Source: Azolla caroliniana
Lineage: Eukaryota; Plantae; Polypodiophyta
Direction: 5' to 3'
NCBI GenBank assembly: GCA_043228905.1
Contig: JBHGNT010000007.1
Location: 17,360,001-17,424,000 of the forward strand
Length of the DNA: 64,000 bases
Below the pieces are notes generated by a model. It was not told the DNA's origin and made no database searches. It saw only the letters and a list, made by a program, of their open reading frames with translations. Position numbers and translations under genes: made by a program. How positions within the stretch are numbered: position 1 is the stretch's first letter; each line of letters starts with the position of its first letter. Below, one piece after another: positions 1 to 11,400 of this stretch.

Positions 1-46
1 CGAGTAAAAATTCCATTCGATTGCATGCATCTCATGATCGCTTGCT

Positions 47-1459
47 TTGATTCCTTCTCCAACACAATTACTTGTAAGTGAACTCTCTCCTATTTCTTGT
101 CATATGGATGGTAGTGTTTTCATGAATATGGATGAGTCTCCAATTTCTTCAAAGGATGCGTGCATGGTTGAGTCAGTATCAAGCCCAAGAGGGGATGGTA
201 AAAGAAAACGATGTATTGGAGATAATAGTAATGACATGTCTTATGCTGATGCAATGCGACAAGATGATATTGAGAAAGATGATAGTCATTGGGAACATTT
301 AATATGCATGGCAAATATATTAATGGAAGATTGTATAAGGGAGAATGTGAAAGTTGTTGAGGAGTTTGTTGACAATGAAGTGGCTAAGGTAGAAATAGAC
401 AATAAGGGGTTTTTGGGCTCATTTGCTAATTTTTTTGATAAAGGGGTCATATTGTTTTTCACGGGAAAGATACCTTTCCTTTGGAGGGTCAAACAATGGT
501 TACGTGGGATTCTACAAGATGATTGTGTTTAGGATGTTTACGCTGGTCCTCGTGGATTTTATGAGGTTGTTTTGGTATCACAAGACTATAAAGAGAAATT
601 ACTCAATAAATTGCAAGTTTTTTATGAGAAAAGTTTGGTTCATATTGTTCCATGGAGACCATTAGTGGAATACCAAGATATATTAAAGCAAGAGTGTCTC
701 GTATGGGTTGAGGTAGAGTGCACATATTTAGTGGTTTGGCCAATATTATGGTCAACGATGGAAAAGTTGGGAAAGATCTTGGTGCCTCCTAGTGCTAATG
801 CTCAAAATCAATATCGGATGTGTATTCTTTGGAATACTGCTATAAAGAGGCCAAGTTGTTTACATATTGCATGTTCTAGTATGTCACCTATGTATTTTCG
901 GCTTAAATGGGGTACATTTGTAGGACATTGTTTCCATTGTGGTGTGTTGGGGCATTTTATGGCTGAATGTCCTCAAAAAAGAAATAATGTAGTGGAAGTG
1001 GTACATGAAGAGCCTACAACTCATGATCAGATTCAAGATTTGACAATTTCAGAGCAAACGAAGGAACCACAAATTGTGAATGAGAAGGATGGAAAAACTC
1101 TAGAGGATGAAGGACAATGGTCAATAGTTTCTGGAAAGATGAAGAAGTCTAATAAAAATGTTGGGCATAATGTATCTATGGAGAAGGTCACACCGACACA
1201 TCCCATGCGGAATAAACCATGGGCTCGTCAAGAGGACTATCCAAAGAAATTATCTTTTGATAATAAAGGTAATCTATATGTTCCTTGGAATAAACGGAAA
1301 TCGGTGCCTCGTTCACATGAGGAGCCATCGGGGTCTGGAGTTTTGCATTCCCATAGCAATTCATATGCAATCTTAGGGGATTTATTTCAGGATATGGCAG
1401 AAACATTAGCAGTGAAGGAGAAGGAGATTTCTCGAATAAAAGCAAAAAATAAAGTATGA
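47..1459 (+). pseudogene. LINE ORF1 (RRM/DUF4283-like region + CCHC zinc knuckle)
   Basis: ORFs 47-532 and 572-1459 share a frame and are split by one TAG. Motifs GPRGFYEV, VPWRP, WVEV and CFHCGVLGHFMAEC are present. Confidence 0.85.
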
Positions 1460-4400
1460 AGATCACCACATGGAATGTGAGGGGATTGTGTTCTAGATTT
1501 AGAATGCATGAGGTTTGGAGGATTATGTTAAGTGAGCAATGGAATGTTTTATGTGCAGTAGAGCATAAAGTTCATCGGAATGCTGGTTTAATTAGTTATT
1601 CTAAGGGTTATACATTATGTTATGCTGGCAAGGTTCATGGGGATTATTCTGGGATTGTCATGTTTATAAGAGATAAATTTCACCCAAAAGTAATTGTTTC
1701 AGATGAATTTGGAAGATTTATTGTGGTAGAGATATGTTATGAAGGGCAAGCTCTTTGGTTAGTTGGTGTGTATGCATCAAATGTTTCACAAGAACGAAAG
1801 TTGTTATGGAGATCTCTAAACTCAGTGCTTAATAATGGTAGACCGGGTTTATTGATGGGAGATTTTAATGTTTGTTGTGAGACAGATCAATCAACATCTA
1901 TCCACTCTATTATGGATGGACCAGAGGCTCAAGAATGGGGAGATTTTGAGACTGAAGTCATGTTAAGGGATGTATGGAAATGGATCAAGGGAGATGAACC
2001 TGGTTATACCTTTCAATCGGCTCAATATAAGGATACTTGGAGTAGGTTGGATCGAATGTATGTAATGCATACCGAAGGTTTTTTACCAGAGATTTTGGAT
2101 ATTTTTGTGTCTTATGGGTCAATTATATCATATCATTTCCCATTAATTTTTGAGTTCAAGCACCACTCAATTAGAGGTTTTCATGAGTTTTTAGGAAAAC
2201 CACCGTTGATTTTTAATTCATCATTTTTGGATCATGAGGTCTTCCATGCCTATATGTGTCAATTGATTGATGCATTTGCCTATTGTGTTCAATTTGATGG
2301 GTATGAAGCGTGGGAAGTATTTGTTGCAAATGTTCAGAGGTTAACTAGATATTATGGAATTCACCATGCTTTTAAATGGAGAAAGAAATTAAGTCTCCTA
2401 GTTAATTTGCTTGATAAATGCAACTAATTGTTAACTTATTGGCCAACGGATGTAGAGTTGATGGGATATCAAGAGGTATTCATTTCTGCAATGCATGACC
2501 TAACGGCAAAAAATTATCAACATGCTAGACTACATCGTCTAAGACAAGAAGTGGATGATGTTAATTGTCAATCACATAAGTTTTTCCATGACCTTCATGA
2601 ATCACATGCACGACATAATGTGGTAAGGTTAGAGGAAAATGGTATCATGTGTTCCGATCCTCAAGAAATTGTGAAGAAATGCATAGAATATTATACACAA
2701 TTGTTGGATGTACAAGTGTGTATCGATGATAATGTTAAAAAGGATAGAGATGTATTTTTTAATGGAGTGAAAAATCATGTATCGCATGATGTGGCACAAT
2801 CATTAGATGCTAATATTTCAGAGGATGAGGTGGAACATGTCATGTCACATCTTGCTAATGATAAGAGTCCTGGGTGGGATGGATTAACACATGAACTCTT
2901 TAAGAAATATGTGATTAAGTTAAAGGGGCATTTTACAATTTTATTTCAGAAGGTGTGGACATCAGGGGAAATGCCTCATTCTTGGAAGATTGGTTTGATC
3001 AAGCTTTTGCCGAAGGTGCCTTCTCCATCTTCCTTTGCTCAATGGAGGCCTATTTCATTGATGGGGGGAATGTACAAGATTTTTGCAAAAGTGATGGCCA
3101 ATAGGTTGCATAAGGTTTTACTTTCTATTATTCATAATGCTCAATATGGGTTTTTAGCAAAAAGAGACATTTTACATAATATTTTAAATGTTCAAATGGC
3201 AATTGACTATGCAAAGGAGTCTAAACAAGAATTAGTGTTGCTATAATTGGATATCGAGAAAGCCTATGATAATGTGGATTGGTCATTTATAAATCAATTG
3301 ATGTCTCATATGGGTTTTGGTGATCGTATGTCTAAGTTAATATACACATTAGGGGAGGGTTCGGTTTCACATGTGATGTTTAATGGAGGAGTAACCCAAC
3401 CGATTTTTATTCGGAGGTCAATTAGACAAGGATGCCCGGTAATTCCTTTACTATTCACTATTTTGACACATCCTATTCTTGTTAAGTTACGCAATATGGC
3501 TATGGGGGAAGAATTGCTTGGACTAAGGTTGCCATCAGGGAAGCCATGTATTGTTCAAGCTCTTGCAGATGACCATATTATGTTTTTGGCACCTAATTGG
3601 GAAAATATTAGTAAGACAAGAGATGTGTGGGAATTGTTTTCAAATGCTTCAAGGTTGAGAATTAATATACATAAATCTGTCCTCATTTCATGTACAGAAC
3701 AAGATGTGTTAGGGTTGGGGTGGTCAGGAAGGATAGTACATCGTGGTATGATTTGTCGTCATCTTGGATATCCAATTGGGGTGGAAGTTTCTCATGTGAA
3801 ACTTATTGAGTGGGTATCCAAAAGGTTGGAGGATAAGTTTATGTATTGGAGGTCTCAATTTTGGCCTTTTCATGTACGACTTAAGGTGGTCCAATCGATT
3901 ATGGTCTCTATGGTAGCTTATTATATTCTTTTGCTCCCATGGTCCAAGAAAGCTCTTGAAATGTTGTCACGCTCGATGCAAATGTTGTTATGGAAAAGAA
4001 AAGGGAAAAGTGCCTTGTCATGGTTGGCATGAGATCATGTTTGTACTCCGAAGCGTCTTGGTGGGGCATCAATATTGAATCTATATGAGCATATGGTGGC
4101 TCGTCGATTTACTTTCATTCAATTCATGTTTGAAGGTGTACAACCTTGGACAGAAATGGTGGCATACTTTATAGAGGAGAACGGAATAAAGCTTGGAAAC
4201 ATGAAGGTTGAATCGAATTGGTGGAATGTAATTAATTCTGACAGGGATGTCAAATGTACAAGGTCTATGATAGTTAATCATTTGTTGACATCTTGGCAAA
4301 GTATGTTGGATTTTGTGGAATGGCATCCCCCACAAGAAAGGGGATGTGCCAATTCATTACAAATGGAGGTTTTGGCAACATCAAGGTTGTTGAGGTGGGA

Positions 4401-5307
4401 AGGTAAACAAATTCTTAACCTTCAATTCAATCGGATGGCTAGATTGGGTTTGGTAAGAGTTAAGGATGCTATGTTGGTTTCACAAAGAAGATTAATTGCT
4501 TTTCGAACAATAAGATCAACATTTCGTATTCCAAAATGTTATAACTTTATTTGGGATAAGTTGCAACAAATACTATCTTCGCATAAGCCAATTCCTGATT
4601 TAGATGGGTGATCTCAAGAGCTTGATTGGAGGTTTGTTGGAAATAAGAGATTGACTATGATCTCAACGAATGTTGCTTATCACAACTTGATTGACAAACA
4701 TAAGTGGTTGAAAGAAAGGGTTATAAAGATATGGGGTTTTCATAAGCCCATTACTTGGTGGTTTCATGTGATCAAGACATGTTGGTGTTCTCGATTGATG
4801 CTATGAGCTAAGGTATTTATTTGGAGAGTTATGGTTGGAGCTTTACCATTAGGGGATGCATTAAAAAGAAGAAACATTACTAAAGGATTGTGTTTCTTTT
4901 GTTCGGTGGAATTGGAACATAGTAAGCATCGATTTATTTCATGCCCAATGGCAAGGATGGTTTGGAGGTGTATCAGTTTAATGTGGATGTCTCTAACAGG
5001 AGTAAGTCTATCTTCCTTCAATTGGGTTTTTGCACATATGGAGAACAATGAACCGATGCCTCATTTTCAAATTATTTTTGAGTTCTTGAGGTATTGGGGG
5101 CTATGGTTCAATTGGAATATGCGGAATGCCTTCATTTTTTATTCGCAAGTTGGGGTGAGAAAATATGTTCTAAAGTTAAAAGGACTTCTTTTGTGGCAAT
5201 TGACAGTGCTAGAGAAGTCACAAAATCTCAACCAGGAAGAGAGAGAACTCTGCAAGGTCACATATCATAATATTCGCCATTTGAATTGGTGTGTAGGGTG
5301 GCATTGA
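1456..5307 (+). pseudogene. LINE ORF2 (APE endonuclease, reverse transcriptase, zf-RVT)
   Basis: MKITTWNVRG, GDFN, SRLDRMY, KSPGWDG, WRPISL, DIEKAYD, RQGCP, ALADD and CFFC...H...C. One frame with stops at 2425, 3244, 4030, 4609 and 4804. Confidence 0.93.
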
Positions 5308-5413
5308 GTTTGGTGTCGTAGTTTTCTTTAGATCCCTAGATAGAAGGGGTTCTATAGTTTGTTGTAAGTTAGTCATGGTGGTGTTTTTTCTTTCGTAATG
5401 AAAGCCATTATTT

Positions 5414-5418
<5 letters not shown>

Positions 5419-5468
<50 letters not shown>
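5419..5468 (+). repeat. (GA)25 microsatellite between two L1 copies
   Basis: Perfect GA run seen directly. Confidence 0.98.
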
Positions 5469-5470
<2 letters not shown>

Positions 5471-8303
5471 TGGTGAATGTTCAAATGGCCATGGATTATG
5501 CTCGGAACACTCATCAAGAATTGATTATGGTGCAATTAGATTTGGAGAAAGCTTATGATCATGTTAATTGGTCTTTTGTTTCTGGGTTAATGCATACAAT
5601 GGGCTTTGGACCTCGTATGTCTCCCCTCATATTTTTATTAGGACAAGATTTAGTGTCTCGAGTAATGCTTAATGGGGGAGTTACATCAAATATTGCCCTC
5701 ACAAGATCCGTTCGTCAAGGATGCCCTCTTAGCCCATTGTTGTTTGCTATTGTTACTCATCCTTTTTTAGTGATGCTATCAAGACTTGCAATAAATGGTG
5801 ACATTGTGGGTTTACACCTTCCGTTCGGAGGGCAAATAGTAGCACAAGCTTTGGCGGATGATTCTTTCATGTTTTTACAAGCCTCACGGGAGAATCTTGA
5901 GAAGGGGATGCTTGTATGGAATCAGTTTGCATTGGCTTCCGGATTACATATTAATTGGAGGAAGTCTAGTCTCATATCATGCACTGAAAGGGATTTGGAA
6001 TGTTTAGGATGGCAAGGATCCGTGGTGAAGAAAGGCTCTATTTTTCAACACTTGGGCTATCCATTAGGAATGAATGTTACAAATGGTCAATTGATTGAAT
6101 GGATGTCTAGTAAGTTGAGGGATAAGTTCATGTATTAGAAGTCACAATCTTGGCCATTTCATGTTCGCTTGAAGGTTGTACAATGTATTATGGAACCCAT
6201 GATATTATATTACTTGCCATTATTGCCATGGACAAAGAAGGCGTTAAATCTTGTTTTGCAACCTCTTCGATATTTGTTGTGGAAGAAGAGGGATAAGATG
6301 GGAATCACATGGATTGCTTGGAATCATCTAGCAACCCTTAAGCGATTAGGGGGGGTTGGAATATTGAACTTATCTATGCATATGATGGCTCGTAGATTTT
6401 CATTATTACAAGACATGTGTTCAAACTCACAACCATGGATATCTATTGTTTGATATTTTATTGAGAACAAGGGTTTAACACATGGGAGGACAACGATTAA
6501 GGCTTCATGGTGGCAATTACTGAATGGATGTATTTCACTTAGGATTCTGGGTTCTTCATGTGTTCAACACTTAGTTACCTCATGGCAAGAAGCACTCTTG
6601 TTATGTGTATGGAAACCATCATCTAGTAAAGAGCATTGTAACTTTTTGCAAAAAGAGTTACTTGTGTCTTCTCGGTTATTATGTTGGCCAAGAAAGGAGA
6701 GATTGCGTTCTCAATTTAATCATTTGTTTCGTTTGGGGGTCAAAGAGGTGGGAGATATAGTTGAGGTTCCATCTCAAAGAATTTTGGAGTTTACTGAAGC
6801 ACGACAATTATTATGCATCCCGCCAAATTATGGGTTTATTTGGCAACAACTACAGAATATTGCATTGATGCAAGGTCCCTCACCTCTACAAACAGGAGAA
6901 CAATCGTGGATTGATTAGAGTTTAAGGGGTCAAACACCATTGTTACAAGTGACTACTAATCTTTTGTATCATTGTTTCGTTGAGTCTCTTGGATGGTTAT
7001 CATCTAAGGCTGAAGAAGAATGGAAAATACACAAATCTGATCATGGGTGGTAGCAGATCTTACAACGTAGTTGGCATTCTAAATTGCCACTTGTTGCAAA
7101 GGTATTCATTTGGAGAGTTTTGATCGAAGGATTGCCTTTGGGATTAGCTTTAAAGCGTCGTGGACTAGCAACGGGTACCTGCTTCTTTTACACAGTTCAG
7201 ATAGAAGATAATACTCATCGATTTATACAATGTCTAATTGCTTGTCAAATTTGGAGTTACATTTCTCAAATTTGGCAAGTTTTATCACAGAGTTATTTGA
7301 CACCTAGATAATGGGTGTTTGCACAATGTACACAGGCTGACCCAAAATCAGAGATGGAGATTGTTTTTCTATTTCTGAGATATTGGGGATTGCGTCATAA
7401 TTGGAACATGCACAACGCTTTTTGTATTTGATGGTAGACATGGAGTGAAAGCGTATCTATGAAAGTTAAAGGGAGTACTAATGTGACAATTTTCTTTATT
7501 GGAACAAGTGAAAATTCTTTCCTCGGTGGATTGTTCATCTTGCCTATTGGCAATTCAACATGTTCCACTACCCATGTAGTGTAGTGTGGTTAGTGTGTGA
7601 CCATACTCCATTGTCACACATATTGTAAGCATAGATTGACATATTCGCATTTGTCGGGTTTCCCATTCGAATGCAAACGAATACGAATACGAATGGGTCG
7701 TCAAGTATTCGTTTAAGTCAAAAAAAAAAACTATCTTTTTTAATTTCCTAGGATAAAAAAAAGCAACTTGATAATAAATAGGGATAATAAAAGAGGGACT
7801 TAGGGATATGACAGTACTAAAATTTTATAATAGATATATAACTTATAAGTATTTGTTTTATTTTTAATAAATAAATAAAATAAAATAAAAACTCATTAAT
7901 TTCTCACTTTTTATTCCCCCAAAATTTATGGATATTTTTATTTAGACATTAAAAATAGTACTTCAAACTAATCATATCTTTGAAGTTCATACAAATCATA
8001 TTTGTATAATAAATATAAAAATATTCGATTTTTAAAAATTAATTAAAATAAGTTTTATAAACTCTCTTGACACTATAATTTATTAATGAATAATTGTTCT
8101 GGTGAAATAAATTTATTTAAATAAATAAATAAATATTTTATATTTATTTTGCAAAACGAATGGGTTTTTAATATTCTTGGGGCCATTTCATATTCTCGAA
8201 TATTGAGAATATTGCGCATGGAGAATATCAAGAATATCACGCATGTCTATGTAAGTACTGTTTTTCACACACATTTATTAATATAATTGTGTGTTTTCAC
8301 CAA

Positions 8304-8306
<3 letters not shown>
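5469..8306 (+). mobile_element. L1 family A, copy 2 (5'-truncated in RT; 3' UTR interrupted by a MITE)
   Basis: Starts at NVQMAMDYA...LDLEKAYD, then RQGCPLSP, ALADD and zf-RVT, with the ORF ending near 7579. UTR-like sequence resumes after 8251 and ends caaaaa before (GA)n at 8307. Confidence 0.88.
7630..8251. mobile_element. Non-autonomous DNA element with CATAG...CTATG ends (related to the hAT-type family)
   Basis: Ends are catagattgac and gcatgtctatg. Subterminal attcg/cgaat motifs and an AT-rich core are present. Only a 4-bp flank match (taag), no clear 8-bp TSD. Confidence 0.6.
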
Positions 8307-8334
<28 letters not shown>

Positions 8335-8411
8335 AAGAGAGTCCAAAAGAAGCAGAAGCAGAAGAAACGGATGCGCACTGGCATAAAGGAATCGCCATAG
8401 CCACACTCGCC

Positions 8412-11400
8412 ATGGAAGATCCTTCCACCTCCTCCTCCTCCTCCTCCTCCTGCCCCTACTGGTAAGCCGTTTACTGTATTTCTTCTCAGCTCTGATCCTT
8501 CTTCGTCTTCTCCATCGTTTATTCTGCCTCCTTTTTCCTTGGTATTTATCCTCACACACAGCTACGCCATAGACTAGTCTTATGAACCCGACCGCTGTCT
8601 TCTTCTCTCATCTGCATTCTTTTTCCTTCGTTATATTCTGGTTTGATTTCCATGGGAAACCATTACACAGTCACACCAATAGCATAGTTTTTGCTTGATT
8701 AATAGCTCTGAATCTCCCCTCAATACTGTATTCTTCTTCTTCTTCTCCTTCTTTTTTATATTGTGGTTCATTCTGCATGTGACATCCTTATAATGTTACG
8801 CCATAGCCTAGGGTCTGATCCATTCTTTTATTGTCACATTTTTCATGTTTTTCTCCGTCTTCCATTTGGCAAAGATTTGTCTTTCTATCATCCCAGCGTT
8901 TCTCACTGTACAATTCATGGAGCAGAAGGCTCTTCAAAATTATATATTTCTCGAGAAGCAATATCTCTTACTCAGTCATACAAGAAGTTGTTTCCATTCA
9001 TTTATAGATCAAGAAAAATGTTATCTGTTAATCAGATGTTATTTTCTCTACAATCTATCTATCTATTTATACATATATATTTTCCACTTGTATCCAAAAT
9101 TTAATAGAAATTTTCCTCCTCCTCATCGCAATCTTCTTCTTTTCTGTTGATTGATTCAGTGCTTTGGAAAGGTTGACGTTTTTCTCAGGAAGTTCTTGTT
9201 TCTTGGCACATTTCTAAGTGAAAAAAAGCTGAAGAACTTTTTGTAACTTCATTTTTGGCTGACATTTAGTATTGATCGAGACAAGTGCATCTTTCAGCTG
9301 ATTGCAAAGAAACTTTGTGCAGTTTGGCCTATCTTTTGAACATATTTTGCCCCCTCTTTTTTGTTTTCTGGATATCAATGAACAAATAAACAAGGGGAAA
9401 TTGCTTAACCTCCAAACATTTTTTCCCATTGTTCAGTGTTTTCACGTCAAGGAACTAAGAAATCTAGGAAATCCTGCTTTTGAACATATTATTATCTATT
9501 GTTTGTTATTCGGACATCAAGGAACATATCTTTTTCTGTTATTTGTTGTCTGGATATCAAGGAACTAAGAAACATTAAGTAGTTGGCCAAACTTTTGAAC
9601 ATAATTTTTTCTCTATTGTTTGCGGTTTGGACATCAAGGAACTAGTTACAGAGGCTAATGGCATTACTTCCTTTCTGTAATATAAAGGCGCAAGAAGAGC
9701 AATGCTATTTGAAACAATATATGGAAAGATGAGGTTCATAATGATCTTAATGGTATTATCAGATGAAGAGGATAAAAATAAGTGACACCAAATACGTGAC
9801 AGAAACCATATAAACATCTTTTATTTTGTTATGTAAGTCACGCAGATTCTTCTTGATCACAAAACATAATAAGCTGATAGTGCTCTAGCATATCAAAGAA
9901 AAAACGTTTTGAAATACAATGGTCTTAGGAAATAAACATGCTCTCTATCTTTTGATCTTTTCATGGATAGTGAAAGTCACAGATGCAAATAGCAATCCTA
10001 AATCACTCTATATGAAGATGTAATGATTTTTTCAGTTCTTTCTATTAGATCAGTAGTTATCTAAAATCTCTGTTAATAAATAATATAAATAAGGTTGAAT
10101 TAGTAGCTATAAAAGTCGATTTTGAAAAAGGACAAGAAGGAATGGAATAATGCATCTCCATAGTTAAAGCCAATGTAAATAAGGAAATGCAAACATGGGT
10201 AGAGATGGCCAAAGATGCCAAAGCTCAAGCTGAATATATGCTCTAAAAGAAATTTAAAAAAATAGTCCTTGGATAGAGGTAGTGAAAAAGCATAGAAATG
10301 ACGAATGCTACATTACAAGAAGCCAAGAGAAAAGTTCCTGCATTACATGTATGAGTGGTTGGTTAGGATGAAAAAGGAAACCCACAAGAAGATGCAAAGA
10401 ATCTTGGAACAAAGATCGGGGCATCATATATTCCATTTGTGTCAGTGTGGAGGGTGGGAAGAGATGAGTCTAGAGCTAAAGCTTTGATCATTTGCTTGAT
10501 GGATATGGATAAGAAGAAAGCTTTTCTATCTAAAAGAATGGCACTCACGGGTGACAAAATATATTCAGATGACGATCTCACTCTAACTCAAGTGGCACAT
10601 TGCAAAGAAAACATGCCACAAGTGCTCGATAGAAGAAAGGAGGGAAAATGGGTTGTATACAAAGATGGTAAGGTAATTATTATGGAGAACAGAATTAAAT
10701 GACGAAGTATGGCCCATGCAACCTTACACATGACTATATTGAATTGCAATGGCTTTCTAAGGAGATGTCGTGTACTTCCAAGATACCTTCAAGAACACAG
10801 ATATTGCTATATATAGAGACCCATCAATGCATGGCTAGTGAACTCCCTTATGTACAAGGACATAGATGGGACTAGTTAGTCCTCCCAAACCATAGACACT
10901 AGGAAGCACTAGAGGCTAGGGAGGAGTGGCTATGTTGTACAAAATGGAGCTCCATGACAGAATGCATGTTGTGCATAAGGATGTAGATGCACATTATATG
11001 TAGATATGAATCAAAAGAGGGGATCTTAGGGAAGTATATATTGCAATTTGCTACTTTCCACTCCCAACTGAGGTTTGGACTTCTGGTGGATCACCATATC
11101 TACCGTTATATGATGATATCATAAGATTTGTTACTATAGGGGCCATATACTATAAGGAGGCTTTAATGTACGAACTATGTTTGACACCAACGAGGCTGTT
11201 TATGGATAAGTTTTGGAAGAAGAGGTTCATCTAAAGCAAGCAACTCAAGATAAGTAATGGAATATTGCAAACACTTTCTAGCCTTGGAAAGTGCACATGG
11301 ATTTGTGATAGATAATGGATGTGTCACAATGGCTTGGATTAGATGCTTTGACATGTTGGAACCCAAAAGGAGGTGCAAGCACTATCTATTACCTTATGGG

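Larger units (their letters stand above)
1..5418 (+). mobile_element. L1-clade LINE, family A, copy 1 (near full length, ORF1+ORF2, inactivated by in-frame stops)
   Basis: ORF1 47-1459, ORF2 1456-5307, then a 3' UTR ending ...ttacgaa directly followed by (GA)25 at 5419-5468. The 5' end may lie before the window. Confidence 0.95.
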
